Shown: in pieces, positions 37,267 through 47,491 of the stretch | Layout: the number at the start of each line of letters is the position of its first letter | Position numbering within the stretch: position 1 is the stretch's first letter | Assembly (NCBI GenBank): GCA_963783375.1 | Contig: CAWANH010000028.1 | Coordinates: 800,001 to 864,000 of the forward strand | From: Candidatus Eiseniibacteriota bacterium | Lineage (GTDB): Bacteria; Eisenbacteria; RBG-16-71-46; JABDJR01 | Direction of reading: 5' to 3' | Length of the DNA: 64,000 nt | Notes under the pieces: model-generated | Told to the model about the DNA's origin: nothing | Databases searched by the model: none | What the model saw: only the letters and a program-made list of their open reading frames with translations | Made by a program: the position numbers and the translations under genes

Positions 37267-40135
37267 CCGCGGCCAGCACCGCGGACACCGGTCCCGCCCG
37301 CCCCGCCCCTTCGAGCCAGGCGACGCGGGTTTCGGGATCGGGAAGCCCGGCGGCGGCGAGTTCCGCCGCCCGCGTCGTTTCCCGGGCCAGCTTCGCGGCG
37401 AGGGCGCGAAGGTCCGGGTCGTCCAGTCCCGGGAAGAGCGCGCCCCCGAGCGAGCGGAGCGCCCGATCGCCGAGCCGGGCCGCGGGAACCGACTCTCCGG
37501 CCCCGGCCAACCGTTCGGCTTCCGCCAGGGAGTCCTCGAAGCGAACCAGGTCGCACTCGATCCCCGACCAATCCACCGTCACCCGGTCGCCCCGGGCCAC
37601 CAGGCCGCCGGACATGGCCTCGTGTCCGCGAAGGAGCTGGTTGGCGAGCTGGACGAGGCTTTCGAACGTGGCCTCGGGGGCGTCTCCGGCCCCGGCCAGG
37701 ACCCGCTCCGCCTCCTCCCGGGTGAAGGGAAGTCCGAGCCGGTCCCGCGCCGCCGCCGTGGCCCAGAGCCGTAGCCACCACTCCGGCCAGAGCGCCATCG
37801 GCCAGACCGAGCCGGGCCGCTCCGCCCGGACGAGCCCGGTGAGCCGGAGGCCCACCAGGGCCGTCGGGCTCCCGGCGCGGCGCCGGCCCGCCGGTCGGAG
37901 GACCAGCGGCCGGTAGACCCGGGTGAACGCGGGAAGGGCGATGGCGGGGGTGGTGCGGAGCGCCTCGGCGAAGAAGCGGGTGCGCCCGGGAATGTCCAGG
38001 CGACGATGGATTTCCGCGGTCGTCTCGAGGCACGCGTCCAGCACGTCGGGTTTTCGCTCGGGGATCCATCCCCACACCCGAAGCTCCCAGAGATCGGCCA
38101 GATCGGCGAGCTGGCCCGCCGCCTCCAGCTCCCCGTCCACCTCGGTCAGGACGCGCTCCATGGCGTCGGCGCCCTCGATCCGGCGGGTCTCCGCGGCGCG
38201 GATGAGGGACTCGCGGCCGCGCACGTGGAGTTCCGAGCTGTCCAGCCCCCAACCCCAACCGGTGGGATGGGGGTGTTGGGGATCCAGGGTCTCGCTCACC
38301 GGAAGCGGCGGCACGTCCCGAAGCGCCTCCAGCCGCTCGGCCACTTCCTGGAGTCCGCGGTGCCCCCGGCTCTCCGCCGCGGCGAGTTCCGCCTCCGCAT
38401 CCTCCAGCCGGCGGAGATCGAGCAGGGCGCGAAGGTGGGTGTAGGCGGCCAGGGTCGCCGCATCGTCGAGGCCCATGGCGGAGAGCGTGATCTCCGCCTC
38501 CGCGGCCATCCGGCGCGCGGTGTCCGCCTGACCGAGGCGCCGCCGCCCCTCCGCCTCCGCCCCCAGGAGGAGCGCGGCGACGATCAGGTGCCCGGCGGCC
38601 AGGGCCTCGGCGCGGGCGCGGGACCGCCAGGGGAGGGCCTCCTCGGAGCGCGCGGTCTCCTCCAGCATCACCGTCACCACCCGCGCCAGGGAACGGCGAA
38701 GCCCGGGATGGATCTCCGGGGAGAGCGCGGCGAGCCCCCAACCGGCCCAGCGAAAGGCGGCGGCGGTCTTTCCTTCCCGGTGACGGAGCAACGCGGCGGC
38801 GTAGGCCAGCCGTCCCCGCACCCCGTCCCAGGCCGGGCCGGTCCGCCGGCGGAGAAGGACGGCGATCCGGGCCAGCTCCCGATGCGCGTTCGCCGGGGGC
38901 GTTTCGCCGGCGAGGTCGGCGCGGATGGCGGCCAGGCGGGTCAGGGAGACCGCCAGGGGGGAGCCCCCCGGGGAGGCACGGAGCGCGCGCTCCGAGGTCC
39001 CCTCGCGGTGCTTCAGCCGCGGAAGTTTCCGGACCGCCTCCTCCACCACCTCCCGCCACAGGGTTCCCGCCGCGGCCACCGGATGACGCACGGAACGGCG
39101 GAGCAGGAACTCCCGCCGGCGGAGATGGGCGAAGGCCTCGTCGAAGATCTCGTCGTCCGCGGCATCGAAGCGGCGGCGGAGTACCTCGACCTCCAGGGTG
39201 CCGTCGTTACGGGTGAGAAGATGGAGCAGGCGGGCCGAGGCCGGCGGCAGGCGATGGTAGCGCGAGTCCATGACCGCCCGGAGGTTGAACGGAAGGGGGA
39301 GGCGGTCCACGGGATCGATCAGGATCACCCGGCCTGCCTCGTCGTCCACCCGAAGGTGTCCCATCTCCTCCAGCCACCGCACCGCTTCCTGGATGAAGAA
39401 GGGGTGCCCGCCGGTGAGTCGCCGGAGCCAGCCGGCGAAGGGCAGGGGATCCTCGTCGGGATCCCAGAGGCGGACCAGGGTCTCGATTTCCTCCGCCTCC
39501 AGGGGACCCAGGGTGAGCGTGCGTACCCCCGGGGGGTCGACCGACTCGATCCCGCTCGGGCCGGCCGCGGCCAGCACCACCGCGCCGGGGTCCCGAAGCG
39601 CGCGGCAAAGGCTTTCCAGGGTCCGGCGGGTGCGGTTCCGGTTCTCCGGCCAGATGCCCGCGTCCACGATGACCAGGGACTGGCCGGTCACCGCCCGCAG
39701 CAGGGCGCCCATGGCCGCTCCCACCACTTCCGGTTCGTTCCCGGGGGGAAGCCGCTCCCGGGAGAGGGCGGGGATCGGCGCCCACCGGTGGAGCTTGGGT
39801 TCCCAGCGGGCGAGCACGTGGAGCGCCCAGGAAGGGTAGGGGGCGGCGGGATAGGTCTCGATCAGGTCCATGAGCTCGGTGCGGACCCAGAACTTGAGAT
39901 CGGCTTCGACGTCGCCGGGGGCGAGATGGACCCATTCCGCGTCCGGGCCCTGGTGGAGGGCCTCGGCCAGGAGCCTCCGCCGTCCCGACCCCGGCTTCCC
40001 CGCCACCCGCACCAGGCACAAGCCTCCGGCCAGCCCTTCCTCGATGAGGTGGGTGAGGAGACCGATCTCGCGGCGGCGTCCCGCGAAGGGGGCGCCGCGA
40101 TGGGTGGCGCTCTGGGTCCAGAGAATGCTTCGCAT
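37208..40135 (-). CDS. STAND/AAA-like ATPase with helical repeats and BTAD-like C-terminus
   Basis: FAGRRREI, GKPGSGR, TGGHPFFIQE; C-terminal CDLVRFE. Confidence 0.65.
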   Translation of the reverse strand: MRSILWTQSATHRGAPFAGRRREIGLLTHLIEEGLAGGLCLVRVAGKPGSGRRRLLAEALHQGPDAEWVHLAPGDVEADLKFWVRTELMDLIETYPAAPYPSWALHVLARWEPKLHRWAPIPALSRERLPPGNEPEVVGAAMGALLRAVTGQSLVIVDAGIWPENRNRTRRTLESLCRALRDPGAVVLAAAGPSGIESVDPPGVRTLTLGPLEAEEIETLVRLWDPDEDPLPFAGWLRRLTGGHPFFIQEAVRWLEEMGHLRVDDEAGRVILIDPVDRLPLPFNLRAVMDSRYHRLPPASARLLHLLTRNDGTLEVEVLRRRFDAADDEIFDEAFAHLRRREFLLRRSVRHPVAAAGTLWREVVEEAVRKLPRLKHREGTSERALRASPGGSPLAVSLTRLAAIRADLAGETPPANAHRELARIAVLLRRRTGPAWDGVRGRLAYAAALLRHREGKTAAAFRWAGWGLAALSPEIHPGLRRSLARVVTVMLEETARSEEALPWRSRARAEALAAGHLIVAALLLGAEAEGRRRLGQADTARRMAAEAEITLSAMGLDDAATLAAYTHLRALLDLRRLEDAEAELAAAESRGHRGLQEVAERLEALRDVPPLPVSETLDPQHPHPTGWGWGLDSSELHVRGRESLIRAAETRRIEGADAMERVLTEVDGELEAAGQLADLADLWELRVWGWIPERKPDVLDACLETTAEIHRRLDIPGRTRFFAEALRTTPAIALPAFTRVYRPLVLRPAGRRRAGSPTALVGLRLTGLVRAERPGSVWPMALWPEWWLRLWATAAARDRLGLPFTREEAERVLAGAGDAPEATFESLVQLANQLLRGHEAMSGGLVARGDRVTVDWSGIECDLVRFEDSLAEAERLAGAGESVPAARLGDRALRSLGGALFPGLDDPDLRALAAKLARETTRAAELAAAGLPDPETRVAWLEGAGRAGPVSAVLAAAMERSGLHRSARALERGSP

Positions 40136-40267
40136 GGCGACAGGTGAGTCTAGCAGGCGGCCAGCCCGACCCATTCACGAACCCGCTGCCGCCGCGGGCA
40201 TCTGACGGCCACCTGCTCCCCTTCGCGACACGGCTTCGTGAACGGGTCGGGACAAGACGCCGGGTGG

Positions 40268-41194
40268 CTACCGGGGCCGCGTGTGCGCCAGCCGCCTGAG
40301 GAGCGCCAGGTTCCTCCGGTCCATCTCGTCCTTCTTCGGGGTCTCGAGCACCTTGGGCGCATCCCGGAAGCGGGGGTCCTGGAGGATCATCCGGAAGGCC
40401 GCGCTCCCCACGTGCCCTTTTCCGATGTGTTCGTGCCGGTCCACGCGGGAACCCAGGTCCTGCTTGCTGTCGTTGAGATGAAACGCCCGGATCCGGCCGA
40501 TCCCCAGGAGCCGGTCGAACTCCTCGAACACCTCGCGGTACCCGGCCGGCGACCGGAAATCGTACCCCGCGGCCAGGAGATGGCAGGTGTCGACGCAGAC
40601 CCCCAACCGATCCGGATGCTCGACGCTCCCGATCACGCGGGCCAGGTGCTCGAACCGGCTCCCCAGCACCGTCCCCTGGCCGGCGGTGTTCTCCAGGAGC
40701 AGGGTGACCGGGGTCTCGGCGAGCGCGCGCGCGGCGCGGTCGAGCGCGCGGACGATTCGGGCCAGGCCCGCCTCCTCCCCCGCGCCCGTGTGCGCTCCGG
40801 GGTGGAAGACCAGGTAGGGGATGTCGAGCCTCGCACAGCGTTCCGCCTCCCCGATGAACGTCCGGCAGGACTTCTCCCACAGCGCGGGATCGGGAGAGGC
40901 GAGGTTGACGAGGTAGGAGCCGTGAACCATCGTCACCATGGGGTGGGCGGCCTGGGCTTCCTTCCAGAGCGCCACCGCCTCGTCGGCCAACGGTTTCATC
41001 GCCCACTGGTTGGAGTTCCGGGAGAAGATCTGGAGCGCGGTGGCCCGGTGAGCGGCGCCGGCCAGGACCGCGTTCTGGAGCCCGCCGGCGATGGACATGT
41101 GGGCGCCGAGGAGCAGGTCGTCGTGGGCGGCCGGCCGCGGCCGGGCCGCGGCCGGTTTCGAGGCTCCCCGGCGCGGGGCGGGCCCCCCGGTCAC
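40268..41194 (-). CDS. nfo: Endonuclease IV
   Basis: GAHMSIAGG, HGSYLVNLAS, FHPG, ENTAGQG, DTCH, HLNDSK, DRH, ETP. Confidence 0.95.
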   Translation of the reverse strand: MTGGPAPRRGASKPAAARPRPAAHDDLLLGAHMSIAGGLQNAVLAGAAHRATALQIFSRNSNQWAMKPLADEAVALWKEAQAAHPMVTMVHGSYLVNLASPDPALWEKSCRTFIGEAERCARLDIPYLVFHPGAHTGAGEEAGLARIVRALDRAARALAETPVTLLLENTAGQGTVLGSRFEHLARVIGSVEHPDRLGVCVDTCHLLAAGYDFRSPAGYREVFEEFDRLLGIGRIRAFHLNDSKQDLGSRVDRHEHIGKGHVGSAAFRMILQDPRFRDAPKVLETPKKDEMDRRNLALLRRLAHTRPR

Positions 41195-41784
41195 GGACGG
41201 CCGGCGGAGAGGGTTTCCGACAGCACCCGCGCCTTCTGGGCGAGGTTGGCCGCTCCCTGGTAATCCTTCCGGGCCAGGGCGGCCTCGGCCTGACGGAGCA
41301 ACCCCCGCGCCGCCTCCACCTGCTCCGGGGTGGTCCGGTCGCGGCCCCGGCCGGCGGCCACCGAGGCGAGAAGGGACTCCGCCCGCGCCATGTCTCGACG
41401 GGCGCTGGCGATCAGATCGGCTTCCTGGGACGGGGTGAGGTCCACCTGCACCTGGGGAGGCGGAGGGAGGAGGATGGGCGCGGCAACGGTGTCGGCCGCG
41501 GTGACCGTGGCCACCGTGTCCTTCCGCGCCCGCGTGGCGTGCACCGGGATCACCACCGGCCCGGGCGGCACGTAGAACCCTTCCTTGAACACCACCGCGT
41601 AGACCGGCGGCGCCGGCGGGAGGGCGAAGGCCTCGCTGTCCGGAGGTTGGAAACTGAAGTCGTAGTAGCTCGATCGGAGCTGCATCGCCTGATCGTAGGT
41701 TATGACGCTGGCGCACCCGGAGATCGCCGCCCACAGGGCCGCGGTCCCCAGGGCCGCGTGAAGCGTCCGGTGTTTTCCGATCAT
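41191..41784 (-). CDS. Hypothetical lipoprotein in the two-component operon
   Basis: ISGC lipobox; Pro-rich linker; helical C-terminus; overlapping start/stop codons on both sides. Confidence 0.65.
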   Translation of the reverse strand: MIGKHRTLHAALGTAALWAAISGCASVITYDQAMQLRSSYYDFSFQPPDSEAFALPPAPPVYAVVFKEGFYVPPGPVVIPVHATRARKDTVATVTAADTVAAPILLPPPPQVQVDLTPSQEADLIASARRDMARAESLLASVAAGRGRDRTTPEQVEAARGLLRQAEAALARKDYQGAANLAQKARVLSETLSAGRP

Positions 41785-43649
41785 CGGCCTCCCCCCCCGC
41801 TCGTTTTCGACGACTCCAGGAGCACCTCGGAGGCGGCCGCCTCGGCCGCCTCCTTCCCCCGAAGGCTCATCGTCACCGTGGTTCCCTCACCCGGCCCGCT
41901 GGCCAGATCCACCCGGCCGCCGTGCATCTCCACCGCCTGTCTCACGAAGGCCAGTCCCACTCCGGTCCCGTTCTCCTTGGTGGTCATGTAGAGATCGAAG
42001 GCGTGGCGGCGGACCTCCTCGGTCATCCCGGGGCCGGTGTCGCGCACCGAGAGATCGACCCGCCCGTCCTGCGCCCGGCACGCGATGACCACCCGGCGAT
42101 CCCGCGACGGGAGCGCCTGGAGGGCGTTCTTCACCACGTTGGTGAGGGCCTGGCGAAGGACCTCGGGATCGCCGGAGAGATCGGGCCCGCCGCCGTCGCA
42201 CTCGGCCACCAGCTCCAGGCCGGCCATGGTGGCCTCGGGGGCGAGAAGCTGGGACACCTCGCCCACCAACCGGTCCGCGGGAAACGACACCATGGTCAGC
42301 CGCCGGAGTCGCGCCACCTTGAGGAAGCCCGAGACCGCGCGATCCAGGCGGGCGATCTGGGCCCGCACGATCTCCACCGCCTCCCGCACCCGCTCGGGAT
42401 CGAGGTTCTCGGAATGCCGGAGGGGTTCCAGGTGGAGGGTGATGGCGTTCAGGGGATTGCGGATCTCGTGGGCCACTCCCGCCGCCATCTCACCCAGGCG
42501 CGAGAGCACGGTGGAATGGTCCATGACCGCCTGGAGATCGCGGAGCACCGACAGATCCTTGAGCTCGACCAGCACTCCGAAGGTTTCCGGTCCGTCGTGT
42601 ACGCGGTGGCCGAGGACCATCACCCCGCGATCGCCGCCGGAGTCGGGAAGCTCCGCGCGGAGCGAGATGTGCTCGCTGGTCCCGGCCAGAAGCTCCTGGA
42701 TCATTCGCCCGATGGGGTGTTCGGGAGGGAGGACCTCGGCGAGCGCGCGCCCTCCCGCGGTGGAGGGTTCAAGCCCGAGGAACCGGGCGGCGAGCCCGTT
42801 CACCAGGGTGATCTCCATGTCCGGTCCCACGATGAGGAGGCCGTCGCCGAGGAGCTCGACCGCCCGGCGCAGGTTCTCGTCCTCGCCGCGCGAGAGTTCG
42901 CGGGCGTGGAACTCGGCCCCCAGCTCGTTCAGGGCCTGGGCCATGAGCCCGAACTCCTGGATGTTCTGCTGGGGGATCCGGTAGCTGAAGTCGCCGGCGC
43001 GCAGGGCCTCGATCCCCCGCCGCACCGCGCCCAGGGGGCCGAGGACGATGCGGGTCAGGAAGAAGGCGGCCACCGTGGCCACCAGCACGTAGAGCAGCCC
43101 CAGGTAGAGCCCCCGGCGGACCACCGCGGTGAGCTCGCGACGGAGGAAGGTCGGGCTCAGGGCGATTCGCACCGTGCCGAAGCGGGTCTCGCCGATTCGG
43201 AGCGGGGTGACCTCTTCGTGGATCTCGCCGGCGCGGAAGAGCCGCCACACGTACTTCCATGTGGTCACCGGCCCCCCCAGCTCGGGGAGGGGGAGGTGGC
43301 TCTCCAGCACCGCGCCCACCTGGGTGGTGTCGGTGTGGATGACCGCCCGTCCCGTCGTGTCGGTGAAGGCGGCGTAGAGGACGGTGGGAGCGTACTGGGT
43401 GGCCGCCTCGAGGGAGACGCGAATCTGGGGGTCGTCGCGCACCGCGGCGAGCGGAGGGAGTTCGGGGTGCGAGGCCACCACCTGGCCGATCTGGAGCACC
43501 AGGGTCCTCGAGGCGAAGTGCGCCTCGCGCCGGGCATCACGGACCGCCGCCCGGGTCACCCCGGTCATTTCCAGGATCATGGAGACCAGAGCGATGGCCG
43601 CCATCACGCCGGCCAGGGCGAGGATCTGGCGCGCGCGAAGCCCCAGCAT
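41781..43649 (-). CDS. Sensor histidine kinase (HAMP-PAS-HisKA-HATPase)
   Basis: AHEIRNPL, NVVKNA, DTGPG, GTGVGL. Confidence 0.93.
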   Translation of the reverse strand: MLGLRARQILALAGVMAAIALVSMILEMTGVTRAAVRDARREAHFASRTLVLQIGQVVASHPELPPLAAVRDDPQIRVSLEAATQYAPTVLYAAFTDTTGRAVIHTDTTQVGAVLESHLPLPELGGPVTTWKYVWRLFRAGEIHEEVTPLRIGETRFGTVRIALSPTFLRRELTAVVRRGLYLGLLYVLVATVAAFFLTRIVLGPLGAVRRGIEALRAGDFSYRIPQQNIQEFGLMAQALNELGAEFHARELSRGEDENLRRAVELLGDGLLIVGPDMEITLVNGLAARFLGLEPSTAGGRALAEVLPPEHPIGRMIQELLAGTSEHISLRAELPDSGGDRGVMVLGHRVHDGPETFGVLVELKDLSVLRDLQAVMDHSTVLSRLGEMAAGVAHEIRNPLNAITLHLEPLRHSENLDPERVREAVEIVRAQIARLDRAVSGFLKVARLRRLTMVSFPADRLVGEVSQLLAPEATMAGLELVAECDGGGPDLSGDPEVLRQALTNVVKNALQALPSRDRRVVIACRAQDGRVDLSVRDTGPGMTEEVRRHAFDLYMTTKENGTGVGLAFVRQAVEMHGGRVDLASGPGEGTTVTMSLRGKEAAEAAASEVLLESSKTSGGGGR

Positions 43650-43816
43650 GGCCTAGTGTCCCGTCCCGGGAATCTCGTCACTCCTCCCGCCGGATCTCGG
43701 AGCCGCTGGCATCGTTGCTCCTCCTCCAAATACCCCCGGGTATTCGTCGTCGGAGCGCCTCCCCATCCGCTCCGATCTCTCGCCGGACCAGGACAACGAA
43801 CTCCCGGGACTGAACA

Positions 43817-45190
43817 CTAGCCCTTGCCCCGCGCGTACTTCTTGAGCTTCACGTGCAGGGTCTTGGCGCTGATGCCCAGGATGCCCGCGGCCCGCGTCTT
43901 GTTTCCCGCGGTCTGCTCCAGGGTGTGGAAGATCAGGGATCGCTCGGCATCCTCGAGGCTCACCCCGGCGGAGATGTGCAGGCCGTCCCCGTTGGACGCG
44001 GCCACCCGGGGCCGGGGCCGGAGGGTGTCGGGAAGGTGGTGGGCCTCGATCTCGTGTCCCCGCGCCACCACCACCGCTCGCTCGATGGCGTTCCGGAGCT
44101 CCCGCACGTTTCCCGGCCAGTCGTGCTCGTTCAGGAGAGCGAGGGCCTCGTCGGTGAAACCGTGGATCGGCTTGTCGTTGTCGGCGGCGAACTCCTTCAG
44201 GAACTGGTGGGCGAGGAGCGGCACGTCTCCCAACCGCTCCCGTAGCGGGGGTAGCTCGATGGTGAAGACGTTGAGCCGGTAGTAGAGGTCCTCACGGAAG
44301 CGCCCCTCCACCAGCAGCTCCTGGATGGCCGCGTTGGTGGCGCTCACGATGCGCACGTCCACGTCGATCTCCACCCGTCCGCCGAGCCGCCGCACCCGTC
44401 GCTCCTCCAGCACCCGGAGGAGCTTCTTCTGCAGGTTGGCCGGCATCTCCCCGATCTCGTCCAGGAAGATCGTGCCGCCGGAGGCCAGCTCGAAACACCC
44501 CTGCCGGGCCGCCGACGCTCCGGTGAACGCGCCCTTCTCGTGTCCGAAGAGTTCGCTCTCCAGCAAGGTCTCGGGGATGGCCGAGCAGTTGAGCGCGACG
44601 AATGGCCCGTTCTTGCGGGGGCTCATCTGGTGGAGGGTGCGGGCCACGACCTCCTTGCCGGTTCCGCTCTCTCCGGTGATCAGGACCGAGGCATTGGAGG
44701 GGCCGACCTGCTCCAGGAGCTGGTAGAGCCGGAGCATCGACGGGGATTTTCCGACCAGGGGTCCCATGCGGCCTTCGCGCTCCAGCTCGCGACGGAGGAG
44801 GCGTACCTCCCTGAGCATCGAGGAACGCTCGAGCCCGCGTTCCACCACGGTGCGAAGCCGGTCGAGATCGAGGGGCTTGGTCAGGTACTCGTAGGCCCCG
44901 CCCCGGGTGGCCTCCACCGCGCTCTCGATGGAGGCGTGGCCGGTGATCACCACCACGGTGGCGTCGTTGCCCCCCTCCTTCAGGTCGTTGATGAGCTCGA
45001 TGCCTCCCCGTCCCGGCATGCGGAGATCGGTGAGGATGAGATCGGGCTGATCGCGGAGGGCGGCCTCGATGGCCGTTTCCGCGTTGGGGGCGGCATCCAC
45101 CTGATAGCTCCAGGATTCCAGGAGCCGGGCGAGGCCGATGCGCGCGGATTCCTCATCGTCCACGATGAGAATGCGATGCTTGCGAGCCAT
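43817..45190 (-). CDS. Sigma54-dependent response regulator (NtrC/AtoC family)
   Basis: REC domain, GESGTGKE, GAFTGA, WPGNVREL, Fis-type HTH. Confidence 0.95.
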   Translation of the reverse strand: MARKHRILIVDDEESARIGLARLLESWSYQVDAAPNAETAIEAALRDQPDLILTDLRMPGRGGIELINDLKEGGNDATVVVITGHASIESAVEATRGGAYEYLTKPLDLDRLRTVVERGLERSSMLREVRLLRRELEREGRMGPLVGKSPSMLRLYQLLEQVGPSNASVLITGESGTGKEVVARTLHQMSPRKNGPFVALNCSAIPETLLESELFGHEKGAFTGASAARQGCFELASGGTIFLDEIGEMPANLQKKLLRVLEERRVRRLGGRVEIDVDVRIVSATNAAIQELLVEGRFREDLYYRLNVFTIELPPLRERLGDVPLLAHQFLKEFAADNDKPIHGFTDEALALLNEHDWPGNVRELRNAIERAVVVARGHEIEAHHLPDTLRPRPRVAASNGDGLHISAGVSLEDAERSLIFHTLEQTAGNKTRAAGILGISAKTLHVKLKKYARGKG

Positions 45191-45371
45191 CTTGGCCGAC
45201 AGTCTACCCGGTGAGCGGGGACCCGACCAGGAAAAAAGGTAACAGTGGGAAGATTTGACACGGGTGATTCCGGCTCCGAACTGCGGATGCGCCGCCCGCC
45301 GGAAGAGTTGCCTGTGTCATAACTACAACACCGCCTGGATGTTAGCAGGAAGTTGCTGGCGCTCGCCATGT

Positions 45372-45387
45372 CGGCACAAATATTGCA
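45372..45387 (+). promoter_or_regulatory. Sigma54 promoter upstream of the FHA gene
   Basis: CGGCACAAATATTGCA with correct GG/GC spacing; TGT-N10-ACA at 45315-45330. Confidence 0.6.
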
Positions 45388-45532
45388 AAATAAACTTGTA
45401 AGCGAGGCAAGCAACATTACGCCGCGCGCGCTGCGGCTTCGGCCGCCCCGTCCAGGCGCGCGCGGCGCTTCTTGCTTCACGGAAGAAATCCAAGACACCG
45501 CTGGGTGTTTGGCTTACCCAAGGAGGGATGGG

Positions 45533-46081
45533 ATGCCGACCGACACCCTACCCGTCATCTCGTATCCAGAGGTTACGTCCTCCGGTCCCGCACGTCCGGT
45601 TCCGGCTCCGATCTCCCCTGCCCCGGTCTTCAACGAGGAGGGCTGGCGCCGGGAGAACGCCCCCAGTCCCCCGTCCTACTGGCTGAAGCTCCGCGAAGGA
45701 AATTTCTGGGACCGGGGTCGGGTGTTCGAGCTTCCCGTCGGTCTGAACGAAGGCACCCTCGGGCGCTCCCTCTCCTGCCACTGGCGACTCAATGACGCCA
45801 CCGTCTCCCGGATCCACGCCGCCCTGGTGCGAAGGCCCCGCCGCGGGGTCTATCTCGTCGATCTGGCCAGCCGTAGGGGCACCTTCGTCAACGGCGAGCG
45901 GATTGCCGAGGAGACGCTCCTCATGGCCGGCGACCGCATTCGCCTCGGCGAGCACGTGGAGCTGGAGTTTCTGGAGGGCGCTCCCCCCCAGGAGACGGTT
46001 CGAGAGCGGTGGCTCCGCCGGGGATGGTGGGTGGCCTCCGGGCTGGCGGTGGTGGTGGCGGTCGGGTACTTCGTCTTCTGA
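45533..46081 (+). CDS. FHA domain protein with C-terminal TM
   Basis: LGR...VSRIHA...DL.S..GTFVNG...GDRIRLG; AGGAGG RBS. Confidence 0.88.
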   Translation: MPTDTLPVISYPEVTSSGPARPVPAPISPAPVFNEEGWRRENAPSPPSYWLKLREGNFWDRGRVFELPVGLNEGTLGRSLSCHWRLNDATVSRIHAALVRRPRRGVYLVDLASRRGTFVNGERIAEETLLMAGDRIRLGEHVELEFLEGAPPQETVRERWLRRGWWVASGLAVVVAVGYFVF

Positions 46082-46485
46082 TCCCCGTCTTCTGAATCCC
46101 TCGCCCATATTTGAGACACAAACTGTCAAATATTTCGGCTCTCCGGGCTTCGCGTCTCATTGTGGTCGGCCAAACAAATGTTTGGCATCCGGACCGGGTC
46201 CGGAGAAATTTCAGGGGTCAAGGGGGCACGGGCTCTTCAAGCATTTGCAAAGTCTCACGAAAGATATTGATAATTAACTAGATTGGAGTATAGTCCCAAG
46301 ACGTTGGGTGCTGGCCTTGTGTGCGGGATCCCCCCCTCCTCGCCGAGCCCATGCCGACTCCCCCCGGTCGGCGGCAGACAACAACGCAACATAGCCTCTC
46401 CCCCGGGCCCAGAACTCGAGACGGCTCTCCGGAAGCCCTGCCCTTCCTTCGTCGCACCGTCTCTGCAACATGATGGAGGCTTCCC

Positions 46486-47181
46486 ATGCGCATCGCGACG
46501 ATGGCGATCCTGATTCTGCTCGCGTTCGTGGCTCCGGCGGCGGTATCCGCCGCCACCCCCGCTCCCGGCACCTACACCACGATCACCGGGGATTTTCTGA
46601 ACGGCCGGGGTTCGGAATCCTGGCGAAACGCCCCCGACAACAAGTCGTGGGACCACGTCTTCAACAGCGAATCCTGGGACGGGAGCGCGCTCGGAACCGA
46701 GTGGTACACCCGTTGCGGGGTCGGCAACACCTCGGTGACCTCGGTCAGTCTGGACGCCAACGGCACCGGCAGCATCACCTACCAGACCGTCTACACGGGG
46801 GGGATCTTCTGGCTCTCCAAGAACGGGCCCTGGGGTGACGGGGTCAACGACCAAAGCGGCATTCTGAACCAGACCATGGAGAACACCACGGTTCAGATGG
46901 TGGATAGTGTCGCGGTGGCCGCGGTGTCCAACATCCACACCTCCGGCATCTTCGATTCCGGCTGTACCCTGACCTTCGCGATCGGAAATGGCAGCGGTCG
47001 CGGCGATACGGACCTGCTGGCCAAGCCGGCCGACTATCCCGACTTCCTGGACCTCGCCTGCGCGTCCGGGAACCGCGACCGGGGCAGCTGGGGGGATCTC
47101 CTCACCATCACCATGGAGATCGACTGCCCGACCCCGGTCGAACCCACGACCTGGGGAGCGGTCAAGGTCAGATACCAGTAG
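46486..47181 (+). CDS. Secreted protein with C-terminal TTWG tail
   Basis: Signal peptide; ends PTPVEPTTWGAVKVRYQ. Confidence 0.82.
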   Translation: MRIATMAILILLAFVAPAAVSAATPAPGTYTTITGDFLNGRGSESWRNAPDNKSWDHVFNSESWDGSALGTEWYTRCGVGNTSVTSVSLDANGTGSITYQTVYTGGIFWLSKNGPWGDGVNDQSGILNQTMENTTVQMVDSVAVAAVSNIHTSGIFDSGCTLTFAIGNGSGRGDTDLLAKPADYPDFLDLACASGNRDRGSWGDLLTITMEIDCPTPVEPTTWGAVKVRYQ

Positions 47182-47491
47182 GAAGGACCTTCGCCCCCGC
47201 GGTGATTCCAGCCCTCTCACCGCGGGACGGCGCAGTGAGTTGCGCGGAGAGAGGCAGACCTCCCCGCGTCCGGCCCGGCCGGGCGCGGGGCCTCCCCGCC
47301 GGCAAGGCCCTTCCGCTCTTCCCCGCCTTGCTCCGGCCTCCGCGCTCCAATGGAGGGCACATAGGACGGACCCGTCCGGACGTGCAGGAGCGACCCGGCA
47401 AACCGCCGGGCGTCGCCGGCACGTCCGCGGGTAGCCGACGGCCGAGCCCGGCCAGTGCCACGTCGGGCCTCGGCTTCGGAGGAGGATCGAG

